From Mobula hypostoma (taxonomy: Eukaryota), in contig NC_086109.1 in assembly GCF_963921235.1 (NCBI RefSeq), forward strand, positions 34,226,001-34,290,000: a stretch of DNA of 64,000 bases, read 5' to 3'. Below are positions 1 through 13,555 of this stretch, piece by piece (the stretch's first letter is position 1; every line of letters starts with the position of its first letter). Made by a program: the position numbers and the translations under genes. The notes under the pieces were generated by a model that was not told where the DNA came from, made no database searches, and was given only the letters and a program-made list of their open reading frames with translations.

Positions 1-305
1 CCTCCATGCTGACCTGGTGCCCACCAACTTATTCCTATTTGCCCACATTTGGCTCATTTCCCTCTGAATCTCCCTTTCTATGTATTTAACCAATATCTTT
101 TAAATATTTTACCTGCCTCAACTGCTTCTTCTGGCATCTCATTCCACATACACACCACCCTCAGTGTGAAGAAGTTGTCCCTCTAGTCTCTTTTAAATCT
201 TTCACCTCTCACCTCAACCCTATGCCCTTTAGTTTTTGAATCCCTTATCCTGGGAGTAAAGATTGTGTGCACTCACCCTATCGATACCCCCCCATGATTT
301 TATGC
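1..305 (-). mobile_element. Old CR1 LINE 3' fragment
   Basis: Degenerate similarity to the CR1 3' region seen at 425-720 and 2950-3170 (ttccac..caccaccctc.gtgtgaagaagtt motif). Confidence 0.6.
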
Positions 306-325
306 ACACTAGTACATTACTGATT

Positions 326-1352
326 CATAGAAACATAGAAACATAGAAAAGAGGTGCAGGAGTAGGCCATTCGGCCCTTCGAGCCTGCACCACCATTCAG
401 TATGATCATGGCTGATCACCTAACTCAGAACCCCGTACCTGCCTTCTCTCCATACCCCCTGATCCCTTTAGCCACAAGGGCCATATCTAACTCCCTCTTA
501 AATATAGCCAATGAAGTGGCCTCAACTGTTTCTTGTGGCAGAGAATTCCACAGATTCACCACTCTCTGTGTGGAGAAGATTTTCCTAATCTCGGTCCTAA
601 AAGGCTTCCCCTTTATCCTCAAACTATGACCCCTCATTCTGGACTTGCCCAACATGGGGAACAATCTTCCTGCATCTAGCCTGTCCAATCCCTTTAGGAT
701 TTTATACGTTTCAACAAGATCCCCCCTCAATCTTCTAAATTCCAATGAGTATAAGCCTAGTCGATCCAATCTTTCATCATATGAAAGTCCTGCCATCCCA
801 GGAATCAGTCTGGTGAACCTTCTTTGTACTCCCTCTATGGCAAGAATGTCTTTCCTCAGATTAGGGGACCAAAACTGCATACAATACTCCAGGTGTGGGC
901 TCACCAAGGCCTTGTACAACTGCAGTAGTACCTTCCTGCTCCTGTACTCAAATCCTCTTGCTATGAATGCCAGCATACCGTTCGCCTTTTTCACCACCTG
1001 CCATACCTGCATGCCCACTTTCAATGACTGGTGTATATTGACACCCAGGTCTCGTTGCACCTCCCCTTTTCCTAATCGGCCACGATTCAGATAATAATCT
1101 GTTTTCCTGTTTTTGCCACCAAAGTGGATAACCTCACATTTATCCACATTAAATTGCATCTGCCATGAATTTGCCCACTCACCTAACCTATCCAAGTCAC
1201 CCTGCATCCTCTTAGTATCCTCCTCACAGCTAACACTGCCGCCCAGGTTCATGTCATCTGCAAACTTGGAGATGCTGCATTTAATTCCCTCATCTAAGTC
1301 ATTAATATATATTGTAAACAACTGGGGTCCCAGCACTGAGCCTTGCGGTACC
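326..1352 (-). mobile_element. Young 5'-truncated CR1 LINE (RT C-terminal half, 3'UTR, (TTTCTATG)n tail)
   Basis: ORF 425..1336 has LGPQLFTIYINDLD and KFADD RT motifs; catagaaa repeats at 326-350; near-identical to 37795-38815. Confidence 0.95.
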
Positions 1353-1689
1353 CTGCAAGATTACCCCGCATATTATTATAAGTCAATTAAATGATTAAAT
1401 GAGTTAAAATATAAAAACATAAATATTTCAAATGTAACTCATAGAGCATTACTAAATTCTATATTTTTTTTCTTGTTGCTGTGAGGTTTGCAACATATTT
1501 CCAGCCCCTCTATGTTCAGCGACTAAAGCCCAGCTACAGAATGTCTTGATGGGCTTTTTCCATAAGCCCTTTTCACTGCTTCCATATGTCCAAGACATTT
1601 GGAAAAGAATTCTATTCTTTTTATATTATGAACCTGTGGATAGTTAATATATGAAATACAAAGTAAATAAAGCAACATTATAAACAAAG

Positions 1690-2376
1690 CGGAGGAGGAG
1701 AAGATGGCGGCACGACGCAGCGCACGCGGCCTCTCCGGTGAATGATATTTGTAATCTGTCAAGTAGGGTACCGTGCACAATTCTGATTTGATGGAGACAG
1801 ACGTGAGAGTACGGAGCAACGTCTGGAGAAACTTCTGAAATGCCCGCTTCGCTGCCGCTGCTACTGTGTAGTAACCGGAATCTCCGGAGCAGAAGGCCCC
1901 GAATCCTCGGCTTTGCTTGTTTCAGCAGCCGGGGTGAGGTTGAAGGCACTCGGCAGAGGATGGCGCTCGGGAGGCTGTATCGGAGGGACTGATCAGAGGC
2001 TCAAAGTTTTCGGATGGACGGACTCAGTGTTGCCTGTTGTCAGGTGCTTCCAAGGCATCAGCAAGTTGTCGGTGCCTGGACGTTTATGGCAGGGAGTTTC
2101 TCCCTTTTGCTACCTGCTATTGGGGATTCGGGAGTCGATCGGGACTTGAGACTTTGAGACTTTTTACCGTGCCCATGGTCTGTTCTTTTATCAAATTATG
2201 GTATTGCTTTGCACTGCTGTAACTATATGTTATAATTATGTGGTTCTGTCAGTGTTAGTCTTTGGTTTGTCCTGTTTTCTGTGATATCACTCTGGAGGAA
2301 CATTTTATCATTTCTTACTGCATGTATGCATTTCTAAATGGCAATAAACGAGGACTGAGTGTTCTCATAATCTAAT
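1690..2376 (+). mobile_element. Non-autonomous retroelement with CpG-rich 5' end (AAGATGGCGGC) and (TAATC) tail
   Basis: Second copy at 22880-23392; starts ggaggaggagAAGATGGCGGC; ends aataaa..ctcataatctaat; no credible ORF. Confidence 0.7.
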
Positions 2377-2849
2377 TAACCAGAATATATCTCAGTTTTC
2401 CTTTACATGAAGATTAGTAACCTCATTTATTTGATTGGAGCTGAGAGAGAACAGGGAGCTGGTTGAGTACCCAGAGAAGAAGTACATTTGACTCCTCATT
2501 TCGGCTTACAGAGCAGCACATTAGGTAGATGTGCATCTTAGCAACCGCGCATATCTGACTTCCCCACTGCAACGTACAGAAGAGGGAGTCAGGATTGCCT
2601 CCCCATTCACACCGGAATTTTCTGATAGCTTTCTCTGGACCTGGCTGTCAACACATTCCGGCCTAACAATGCTAACAAAATATTAGCTTCTTTATTCTTC
2701 ACATTATTCATAAATTCTAAAGGAGTCATAAGTGGAATTGGTGCCTCCCACGTGGTACAAGTTACCTTATGAGCTAGTCCCATTTTCCTCCATTTGGGAC
2801 ATACCCCTCAAAATAATTTCTATCTATGTACCTGTCCAAATTTCTTCTA

Positions 2850-5800
2850 GAGTCATAGAGTCAAAAACAGGCCCTTTGGCCCATCTACTGCATTTAAACT
2901 GCCTACTCCCATTCACTTGCACCTGAACCACTGCCCTCCATACCCTGAATATCCATGTACTGTACCTATTCAAACTTGACTGACAGCTCATTCCACACTC
3001 TCATGGCCCTCTGAGTGAAGAAGTTTCCCCTCATGCTCCCCTTAAACTTTTCACCTTTCACCCTTAACCCATGACCTCTGGTTATATTCCCAGCTAACCT
3101 CAGTGGAAAAAGTCTGCTTACATTTAACCTAACTATACCCCTCACAATTTGTATACCTCTATCAATCTCATCTTAATCTTATATGTTTTAAGGAAAAAAG
3201 TCCTAACGAATTAAATCTTTCCTTATAAGTCAGGACCTCCAGACCTGGCAACATCCTTGTAAATTTTCTCTGTACTCTTTCAAACTTATTTACTGTACAT
3301 CTTTCATGTAGGTAGGTGACCAAAACTGCATACAATATTCCAAATTAGGCCTATTATACAACTTCAACATAACATCCCATCTCTTGTACTCTGATTTATG
3401 AAGCCCGATATGCCAAAAGCTTTCTTTACAAATCTATCTACCCGTGATGCCTCTTTCAGTGAATTATGGACTGATGTTCCCAGATATTTTGCTCTATCAC
3501 AATCCTCAGTACCCTACTGTTCACTGTGCAAGTCCTACTGGTTCCCATCGAAAGGGAACATCTCGTACTTGTCTGTAATAAATTCAACCTGCTATTTTTC
3601 AGCCCATTTTCCCTACTGATCCAGATACCTCTGCAAGCCATGATAGATTTCCTCACTTTCCACTACGCTCCCAATCTTGGTGTCATCCACAAATTTGCTG
3701 ATCCAGTTAACCACATTATCATCCAGATTGTTGATATAGATAACAAACAAAATGTGCCCAGCACCATTCCTTGCAGTATAACTCTAGTCATACACCTCAG
3801 TTAGAGAGGCAACCATTTACTACAAATCTCTGGCTTCTCCCCAAAGCCAATATCTAATCCAATTTACTACCTCATCTTGAACACTGAGGGACCTAACTTC
3901 TTGACCAAACTCCCATGTATGACCTTGTTAAATGCCTTGCTAAGGTCCGTGTAGACAACACCCACTGCCTTGCCTTCATCCACTTCCCTGGTAAATTCCT
4001 CAAAAAACTCTATAAGTTTGGTTTGGCATGAACTAGCATGCACAGAGCCATGCTGACTATCCTTAATCAGTCCATGTCTATCCAAATACTTATATATCCG
4101 GTTTCTTAGAATACCTTTGAATAACTTTCCCATGACTGATGTCGGATTCACCGGCCTATAATTTCCTGGTGCATTCACCGGCCTATAATTTCCTTAAATA
4201 GCTCCAACAATGGCTATCCTCCAATCCGCTGGTACCTCTCCTGTTGCTAAGAATGTTTTAAATGTCTCTTCTGGGGCCCTGGCAATTTTTGCACTTGCCT
4301 CCCGTCAGGACAGAGGGAACACCTTGTCAGGCCCTAGCGATTTATCCATCCTGATGTGCCTCAGGACAGAAAGCACCTCTTCCTCTGTAATCCCCATAGG
4401 GACCATGAAGTTGATGCCACTTTGCATCACTTTTATAGACTCTGTGTCCACCTCCTGAGTAAATACCAATCTTTTCCCTTGCAATCCTTTTGCTCTTAAC
4501 ATATCTGTAGAAACCCCCAGGATTCTCCTTCACCTTGTCTGCTAGGGCAGCTTCATGCCTCTTTTTTTCTTTAAGTGTTCTCCTGCATTTCTTATACTCC
4601 AGAAACACCTTATTTGTTCCTACCTGCCTACCTGTTCCTATGTTCCTCCTTTTCTCTCTTATCAAGGGCCGCAATATCTCTTGAAAACCAAGGTTCCCTG
4701 CACTTGTTATCATTACTTTTTATTCTGACAGGCACATACAAGATTTGTACTCCCATAATTTCACTTTTGAAGTCCTCCCACTTATCAAGAAAGCAGATCA
4801 TTCCAATCCACATTTACCATATCCTCTCTGATACCATCAAAATTGGTGTTTCTCCAGTTTAGAATCTCAACCTGCAGACCTGACCTATCTTTTTGCATAT
4901 TTACTTTGAAAGTAATGGCATGGTGGGCCGGCTGGTGGCTCAGTGACATCGGCGCTGGACCCGGGAGCGGAGGTTCCCAGGTTCGAAACCAGTTGGATCC
5001 ACTCCCGAGTACGCTTTCCATCGGTGCCGGGTTGAGTGTCGAGAATGCAACTCGACCTCCTAAAATAAAGGGAAAAATACTGCGAAATGTCTGTGTGAGG
5101 AGTGGTGTGTCACACAGTCTGTCTCGCTCCGCGCCTTGTGAAAAGCCATGAATAAGACATCATCACAGATGCACGCAAACGCAGACGCACAGATTTGCCC
5201 ACATGCAGGCACACCACACGCCAAAAGAAAAGAAACGAATGGCATTGTGATCACCAGATGCAAAGTGTTCCCCTACACAAACTTCTGTCTCCCGCCCTGC
5301 CTCATCGCCTAATCCCCGAATAGCAGATCAAGTATCGCACACTCTCTTGCTGAGACTTCTACATTGAGGAAACTTTCCTGAACACATTTGACAAACTCTA
5401 TCCCATCTCATCCTTTTACAGTATGGGAGTCCAGTCAATATGCGGAATGTTAAAATCAACTACTTTAATAACATTATGTTTCTTGCAATAGTCCGTGATC
5501 TGCCCACAAATTTGTTCATCTAAATTCCTCTGACTGTTGGGTGGTTTGTAATATAGTCTCATTAACATAGTCATACCTTTCTTATTTCTCAGTTCCACCC
5601 ATAATGCCTCACTGGATGAGTTCTCCACTCTGTCCTGACAGACAATTGTCGTGACATTTACCCTGACTAGTAATGCCACCCGTCCTCCTTTAATTCCTCC
5701 CACTTTGTCACATCTAAAATAAAGAAATCCCAGAACATAAAGCTGCCAGTCCTGCCCCTCCTTCAACCAAATTGCACTAATGACTACAATATCATAACTC

Positions 5801-7150
5801 CAGGTGTTGATCCATGTCCTGAGCTCATCCACCTTTACGACAATACTTCTTGCATTGAAATATACACAGCTCAGGACACTAGTTGCAGAATACTCAACCT
5901 TTTGATTCCTGACTTGGTCTGAGGTCTTACCAACATCTCACTCCACAACTTCTCCACTATCTGTACTGGCACTCTGGTTCCCAACCCCTGCAACTCCAGT
6001 TTAAATCCCATCGTGCAGCTTTCGGAAATCTTCCCACTAGGATATTAGTCCCCTTCCAGTTCAGGTGCAAACCTTCTCTTTTGTACAGATCACACCCTCC
6101 CTGGAAGAGAGCCCAATGATCCAAAAATTTTATGCACACCCTCCTACAGCAACTCCTTAACCATGCATTAAACTATCATCTTCCTATTCTGGCTCAGTAG
6201 CATGTGGCATGGTTAGCAATCCTGAGATCACAATCCTGGAGGTCCTGCTCTTTAATTTAGCATAACTGTTTGAACTCCCTTTGCAGAACCTCGTCACTCT
6301 TCCTACCCATGTCATTGGAACCTACATGGACCACAGCTTCTGGCTGTTCACACTCCCACTTAAGAATGCTGAGGACTCGATCTGAGATGTCCCAGACCCA
6401 GGTCCCGTGAGGCAACAAACAGTTCTATCCCATAGGCTCCTTCCTGGTCTCCAAACTAACGGATCTCCCATCACCTCAGCTCACCTCTTCTCTCCCCCTC
6501 TCTTCTGAGTCACAGAGCCAGACTCAGCCCCATAGACACGACCGCTGTGATTTCCCTCTGCTAGTCCAGCCCTCCCAACAGTATCCAAGGTGATATACCT
6601 GTTGTTGAGGGGGATGGCTACAGGGGTACTCTGCACGGGCTCTTTAACCCCTTTGCCCTTCCTGACTGTCATCCAGTTTTCTGAGTGCTGCAACTTGGTT
6701 GTATCTACTTCTCTATGTGTTGGCTTCATCACCCCTTCAGCTTCCCAGGTGATCCGGAGTTCATCCCGTTCCAGCTCCAATTCCTTCTTGCAGCTGTAGT
6801 TGTCAGGGGCACTGGAAGTCTCCTTGTCTTCCCACATCCCACCAAGAGGAGCATTCCACTATCCTGCCTGGCAACTCTCCTGTTCTAACTGAGCAAATGC
6901 AAAGAAATCTACCTAAAGCTTTTTTTTCTGCTTTCTCTGACTGAAGCCTTGAAGAGCTAAATCCTCAAAAGCTCCGCCCTAACTCTGTCGGCTCCAACGA
7001 TGGTCTCTCCACTTGTTGCTGCCTTAATTTAATTTGTTTTTGCTAATCAATCCCGAGTGCTTATTGGCCGCTGGTCAAAGCAGCAAACAAGTCGCTGCGA
7101 GTTGCTACCTTTAATACTTGATCAGTGAACCAGAGTGAATTACTTCCTCT
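2850..7150 (-). mobile_element. Degenerate near-full-length CR1 LINE (ORF1 zinc-finger/esterase-like, APE endonuclease, RT)
   Basis: Fragments MWEDKETSSAPDNYSCKK and FLDHWALFQGGCDLYKREGLHLN (ORF1); YDIVVISAIWL and YYKPPNS..DFNIPHIDW (APE); PGNYRPVN..QHG..DLSKAFNKV (RT); many stops and frameshifts. Confidence 0.9.
4922..5237 (+). mobile_element. tRNA-derived SINE nested in CR1
   Basis: A box TGGCTCAGTG, B box GGTTCGAAACC, A-rich tail; 8-bp TSD AATGGCAT at 4914-4921 and 5238-5245. Confidence 0.9.
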
Positions 7151-7474
7151 CAAGCTTCTGATCTCTCCGATTTAATCATTGTGATTGTGCCCACCTCTGC
7201 CATTCCCTCTGGTAGTGCCTAAACACCTCTAGATGAAAACGTTGCCCCTTAGTCTCCCTTTAAATCTTTCCATTCTCACCTTAAATTTATGTGCTCTGGT
7301 TTTAGATTTCCCTATCCTGGGAAAAAATACTTTGATTATGCATCTTACCTATGCTGCTTGTGATTTTATTTATCTCTATAAGATCACACACAGCTCTGAG
7401 TTAAGCAATAAAGCTCCACCTTACATGGTCTCTCCTTATAACACAAGCCCTCCAGTCCCAGTAATGATCTTATG

Positions 7475-8664
7475 CAGCGGTCCCCAACCACCAGGCCGCA
7501 AAGCATACACTACCGGGCCGTGAGGAAATGATATGATTTGGCGATATGAGTCAGCTGCACCTTTCCTCATTCCCTGTCACGCACTGTTGAGCTTGAACGC
7601 ACGTGAGGTCATTATCCACGCATCATCCATGTCAGCATGGGAAGGAGATCAACTCCTCGAGCTTGCAAATGACAGCGGGCTGAAAAGTATGTTTGACATA
7701 ACATCTCTGCCGGCATTCTGGATCAAAGTCAAGGCTAAATATCCTGAGATAGCCACGAAAGCACTGAAAACGTTGCTTCCAACATATTTCTGCGAAGCAG
7801 AGTTTTCTGCAATGAATGCAATGAAAACTAAATTGCGGAATAGACTGAACATAAGGAACCCCCGTCGAGTATCGCTGTCTCCCATCACCCCTCAATAGGA
7901 CCGTCTCGTTGCAGGGAAACAAGCCCAGGGCTCTCACTGATTCAGCGATATTGGTGTGTTGCAATGATTTTATATGTTTGTACGGGGAAAATATGTGCCG
8001 TGTGTTTAATATCCAAACATTACTTAAAATGTTATGATGCTATTGACTTACTTATATAACCATGTAACAATTACAGCAGGAAACAGGTGATCTCTGCCCT
8101 TCTAGTCTGTGCCGAACACTACTCTCACCTAGTCCCACCGACCTGCACTCAGCCCATAACCCTCCATTCCTTCCCTGTGTATATACCTATCCATTTTTTT
8201 CTTTACATGATAATATCGAACCTGCCTCTACCACTTCTACTGGAAGTTCGTTCAACACTTACTTCAAGCTCCCCTGATAATTGACTTATCACTATATTCA
8301 TGCGAGGAAAATATGCGTTGTGTGTTTAATATTAAATTCGTTAGATAAACCCTTTTAGAAATGAAACTGAGTGTATTAGCCACTTATCAGCTATATTCCG
8401 GTCGTGATTAACACCCCCCCGCCCCCGAACAGAATCGCAAAACGATTTGCAGGGAAAAATATAATCGGGAGGCACACGAATGCGCATTGGTGCCCGCGCA
8501 AGGCTTCATGGTCATTGTAATCTTTCTCTGGGTAAACACAACGTATTTCACTGGTACTCTTGTCCGTTGGCAACCCTCCCCCCCCCCCACCCGGGTCGAC
8601 TGGTCCGCAAGAATATTGTCAATATTAAACCTGTCCGCAGTGCAAAAAAGGTTGGGGACCCCTG
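7475..8664 (+). mobile_element. Non-autonomous hAT (Charlie/Buster-like) DNA transposon
   Basis: TIRs CAGCGGTCCCCAACC / GGTTGGGGACCCCTG (14/15 match); 8-bp TSD ATCTTATG at 7467-7474 and 8665-8672; residual hAT dimerisation-domain text FWIKVKAKYPEIATKALKTLLPTYFCEAEFSAM..KTKLRNRL. Confidence 0.93.
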
Positions 8665-8699
8665 ATCTTATGTATCCCTTTGACCCTGACAAAATAGAG

Positions 8700-9990
8700 T
8701 GATTGAAGGCACATGATAAAATGGGGCAAAATCAGCAAGGTTTCCTTAAAGCAGAATCTTGCCTGACTAATCTGTCGGAATTCCTTGAGGAAATAACAAG
8801 TAGGATAGACAGAGGAGAATTGGTTATGTCGTGTACTTGAATTTTCAGAAGGCCTTTGACAAGGTTCCGCACAGGAGGCTGTTTAGCTAGGTAAAAGCCT
8901 ATGGCATTACAGGAATGATACTAGCGTTGGCTGACTGGCTGGAGGAAAAGAGTAAAGTTAAAGAAAGCCTTTTCTGATTGGTTGCTGGGAGTGTTCTGCA
9001 GGGGTCAATGTTGGGACCTCTTCTTTTAATGTTGTATGCCAATGATTTGGATGATGGAATTGATGTCTTTGTGGCCACATTTGCAGATGATCTAAAGATG
9101 TGTGGACGGGCAGGTAGTGTTGAGGAAGCAGGGAGGCTGCAGAAGCACTTATGGAGATTAGGAGAATGGGCAAAGAAGTGGCGGATGGCATACAGCGCAG
9201 GGGATTGTCTTTTCATGCACTTTGGTAGAAGGAATAAAAGCATAGACAATTTTCCAAACAGGAAGAAAATTCAAAAATCTGAGGTGCAAAGGGACTTGGG
9301 TATTCTGATATAGGATTCACTGAAGGTTAACTTGCAGGCTGAGTTGATGGTGAGGAAGGCAAATTCGAGAGGACTAGAATATAAAAACAATGATATAATG
9401 CTCAGGGTTTATAAAGCACTGGTGAAGCCTCACTTGGAATATTGTGAGCAGTTTTGGGCCGTTTATCTAAGAAAGGATGCACTGACTTTGGAGAGGGGTC
9501 AAAGGATGTTCACGAAAATAATTCCAGGAATGAATGGCTTATCATATGAGGAGCATTTGATGGGTCTGAGCCTGTGCTTGCTGAATCTAGAAGAAAGAGG
9601 GGGGAATCTCATTGAAACCTTTTGAATGTTGAAACGTCTCGATAGAGTGGATGTGGAGAGGATGTTTCCTCTAGTGAGGGAGTCTAGGACCAGAGGGTAC
9701 AGCCTTAGAATAGAGGGATGTCCATTTAGAATAGAAAGGAAGAGGAATTTCTTCTGCCAGAAGGTGGTGAGTCTGAGGAAATCGTTGTTACAGGTTGCTA
9801 TAGAGGCCAGGTTATTGGATATATTTAAGGCAGAGGTTGATAGATTCTTGATAAGTTTGGTCATGAAAAGATACAAGGAGAAGGTAGGAGAATGGGGTTG
9901 AGAGGGAAATGAATCAGTTGAGATCAAATGATGGAGCAGTCTCAGTGTGCCGAAAAGCCTAATTCTGCACCTATGCCTGTGGGTCTTATG
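8700..9990 (+). mobile_element. Degenerate CR1 LINE, RT to 3' end
   Basis: LQGSMLGPLL..YANDLDDG..TFADD; LVKPHLEYCEQFW; 3'UTR stem-loop-like end. Confidence 0.9.
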
Positions 9991-9994
9991 GTCT

Positions 9995-10825
9995 TGCAAC
10001 AGGACATAGACAAGATGCAGAGCTGGGCTGAGAAGAGGCAGGTTGATTTCAATCCAGAAAAGTGTGAAGTGATAAATTTTGGATAGTTGAACTTGAAGGC
10101 AGAGTACAAGGTTAATGACAGAATTCTCAGCAGTATGGAGGAAAGAGCGATCTTGTCATCCAAGTCCATAGATCCCTCAAAGTTACTGTGCAAGTTGATA
10201 TGGTAGCTAAGAAGGCGTATGGTTTAGGCCTTCAGTAGTTGTGGGATTGAGTTCAAGAGGAGCGAGGTAATGTTGCAGCTCTATTAAACTCTGGTTAGAC
10301 TACACTTGCAGTATTGTTCCTTTCTGGTCACCTCACAATAGAATGTGGAAGCTTGAGAGAAGGTGCGGAAGAGATTTGCCAGGATGCTGCCGGGATTGAA
10401 GAGTATGTCTTATGAGGATAGGTTGTGCGAGCCAGGGCTTTCCTCTTTGGAGTGAAGGAGGAGGGTAAATAAGATGATAAGAGGCATAGATGGAGAGAAC
10501 AACCATCACTTTTCTCCCAGGGCCGCAATGACTAATAATAGAGAGCATCCTATTAATGTGAGTGAAGGGAAGTTTAGGGAAAATGGCAGGACTAGATTTT
10601 CTACTCAGAGAGTGACAAGTGCCTGGTATGCATTCCCAGGGTGGTGGTACAGGCTAATACATTGGCACTATTCAGCACTCTTAGATAGGTACATAGATGA
10701 AAGAAAAATGGAGGTTTGTGGGCTGTGTAAGAGGGAGGGATTAGATTGATTGTGCAGTATGTTAAAAGGCTGGCACAACATCATAAACTAAAGCAGCCAT
10801 ACTGTGCTGTACTGTTCTATGTTCT
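9995..10825 (+). mobile_element. Degenerate CR1 3' fragment (second subfamily)
   Basis: FNPEKCEVI-like text; ends ctgtactgttctatgttcta. Confidence 0.8.
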
Positions 10826-12039
10826 ACTTTTTCTCCAAGCTTAATGATATCCTTCCTATAGCTTTCATTATGGGCTTCTTTGCCTATTAAGTGAATGGCC
10901 TTGAAGATTGAGTGTCAGGTATAATCTGGTTGAGGTTTAACAGGCTAATTCCCCAGGGTAAGTGCTAAGGAATTTACCACCATCTTACTACATCTCTGGG
11001 ACCCATGCGAGGTCCAGGGGAGAGCCTAAGCATGCTGCAGTTTCAGAATCTCGGCATGTACATGGGTGACCTGAACATGCTGGCACTTTTGAGGATAAAT
11101 GCTGACAGTTTCATAGAGTCCATGAAGGCCACGTTTTTTTCTCTTTTCCTACAGCTCTAATGTGATGTCGGCAGAGTTGGTGGCAAGCTGCACAAATCAT
11201 CCCACTGACTGCCAAACTGGGGTTCCAGTCTTGATCTTACACCCTTTCCTAAGAGTACACAGCTTGACTTAAATTTAGGAACAAGACATTGCCCGGCCTG
11301 CTGAATGCTTCCTGTATCTCATTTAAGAAAGTTTCCCTCCACCAATTTTACTTCAAGAGATCATCAATTGGTACACTAATCACGTTCTGCTGATCCCAGC
11401 AGCTCTGCAATGAACCATTTTTAAGCTTTCCTTGATCACCTCAGTAAAGAATCAAGTCACCATCTGAATGGCTCAGGGTTGGATTTCAATATGCATGTGG
11501 TGTTCTAGCGTGTTGAATCTTCCAGCACGGTTTAAATTCTTTGAAATGATCTACAGGTATAATTGAAAAAAGAAGTCACTTACTTACCTTCTGCAGAACA
11601 ATAATTGTAGACATGGTTGAGCTCACTGCAATTCTTTTAACTGAAATAGAAGGTGCATATTTCCTGTGGTCAAATCAAACAGTGAGGAAAAATGTCGCCT
11701 GAAACTTTTCAGGTCCACTAAGATAGTTTATTTTGCTGACTCTAAACAGGTGGTTCAAATGGCTGATAATAGCAGCTATGTTAGGCAAAGATTGCTTGGG
11801 GCAGAATGACTTATGGGCACTATTTTATGAGAGGACATTCTTGACACAGAATTGTTTGAAATGCTCCACCATGCCAGACTGGGTAGGAGGAATTTATTGG
11901 CTGTGATTTGAAGCCAGAAATTTTACTGAAGACTGTGTAGATCCTTACCAAAGGGAGACAGATGCAGTGGTGTTTAAGGAGAGGGGATCCAAGAGATTTG
12001 TTAGGATAATGAAGGAATTTGAAAAACAGATTTATAATA

Positions 12040-12385
12040 CCATAAGACCATAAAACATAGGAGCAGAATTAGGCCATTTGACCCACTGAGTCTGCTCTGT
12101 CATTCCATCATGGTTGATTTATTATCCCTCTCAATCCCATTCTCCTGCCTTCTCCCCATAACCTTTGATGCCCTTACTAATCAAGAACCTATCAACCTTC
12201 ATTTTAAATATACTCAATGACTTAGCCTCCACAGCTGTCTACGACACTGAATTTCGAAGATTCACCACCTTCTGGCTAAAGAAATTCTCCCCATCTCTGT
12301 CCTAAAGGGTCATTCGTCTTTTTTGAGGCTGTGCCCTCGGTCCAACACTCCTCCACTATATGAAACATACTCTCCACATCCATTC
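12040..12385 (-). mobile_element. CR1 3' fragment
   Basis: cataagaccataaaacataggagcagaattaggcc tail signature. Confidence 0.8.
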
Positions 12386-12389
12386 TATG

Positions 12390-13555
12390 AGTGGGCTGCA
12401 ATTAGTGTGGGGCTAATAAAAAGAGTGAAGTTGTAAGTGGAGCAGCCATTGTTGGAATGGGCCAGTGTTCAAGTAGTCAGGCTTGGGAAAGCACAGGCGT
12501 GAGTTCTAACTAAGTTTCTAGTGAACTTTATTTTGTTAGTACATAGCTAGTACACTGAGAATGGGTCCAAAGGTAGTGATATGTCTTTTGTGTGAGATTT
12601 GAGAACTTTGGGAGACCTCCAGTCTCCCTGACTGTATGACGTGCATCAAACTGCAGCTCCTCAGACACCGTGTTAAGGAACTGGAACTGCAGCTGGATGA
12701 CCTTTGGCTCATCCGGGAGACTGAGGAAGTGACAAATCGGAGCTACAGGGAGGTAGTCACCCCTAAGTTGCAGGAGACAGGTACTATACCTGGGTGACTG
12801 TCAGGAGAGGGAAAGGGAATAGGCAGCCAGTGCAGAGTAGCCCTGTGGACGTTTCCCTCAATATGAAGTATACTGTTGGGGAGCTTAACATCCAAGGATA
12901 CTCATTGTATTGAAAGGCCAGAGAAGTAGCAGTGGGGAAAAGGTGAAATAGGATTAGAAGCTGTAGAATCCTTATGGGTAGAGTTAAGAAACTGCAAGGG
13001 TGAAAAGACCCTGATGAGAGTTACATTGTTGTTGTTCCCTTCTGCTCTCTGTAGCGTATCGGGTGGCAACCTTGCTGTTTTGTTAGCAATTGTCTGCTTT
13101 TTTTAGGAGGCCGAGTTTCCAGCTCAAAGCTTAACCCAGCACGAATGGAAAGCGTGCATGGTCAGATGGATTCGAACCCAGGACCACTCGTCTCAAAGTC
13201 CGATGTGGATGCCACAATACCACTGGCCAGCTGTGGGAGTTATTTGCAGGCCTCCGGACAGTGGCAAGGATGTGGGCTATAAATTACAACGGTAGATCAA
13301 AAAGGCATGTAAAATGGACAATGTTGCGACAATCATGGGGGATTTCAATACTCAGGTAGATTAGGAAACTCAGGTTGGTGATGGATCTCAAGAGAAGGAA
13401 TATGTAGAATACACACAAGATGACTTTTTTTAGAGCAGCTTGTGGTTGAGCCCTTGAGGAGCAAGGCCATTCTGGATTGAGTTGTTGAGCAATGATACAG
13501 ATTTAATGAGGGAGCTTAGGGTGAAGGAACTGTTAGGAGAGTGTGATGATAATAT
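12390..13555 (+). mobile_element. Degenerate CR1 5' part (ORF1 and APE)
   Basis: LQLLRHRVKELELQLDDL-like ORF1 coiled coil; ESLWVELRN and IMGDFN APE motifs. Confidence 0.75.
13025..13232 (-). mobile_element. tRNA-derived SINE nested in CR1
   Basis: Reverse strand has B box GGTTCGAATCC; body shared with the 4922 copy (gctttccat..gctgggtt.ag); (AAC)n tail; degenerate TSD gagtta. Confidence 0.8.

Noticed and set aside
645..1394. Long antisense ORFs over CR1 (also 37632-38336) and over Penelope
   Set aside because: Shadow frames of the RT coding strand with no independent motifs
4146..4195. Short tandem duplication attcaccggcctataatttcct
   Set aside because: Local rearrangement scar inside a dead CR1; no wider significance evident
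4922..5000. tRNA gene
   Set aside because: A and B boxes are present, but there is no convincing cloverleaf and it is followed by a SINE body, tail and TSD
7533..7898. Host ZBED5/SCAND3-like gene
   Set aside because: Only a deleted C-terminal transposase fragment, lying inside TIRs and a TSD
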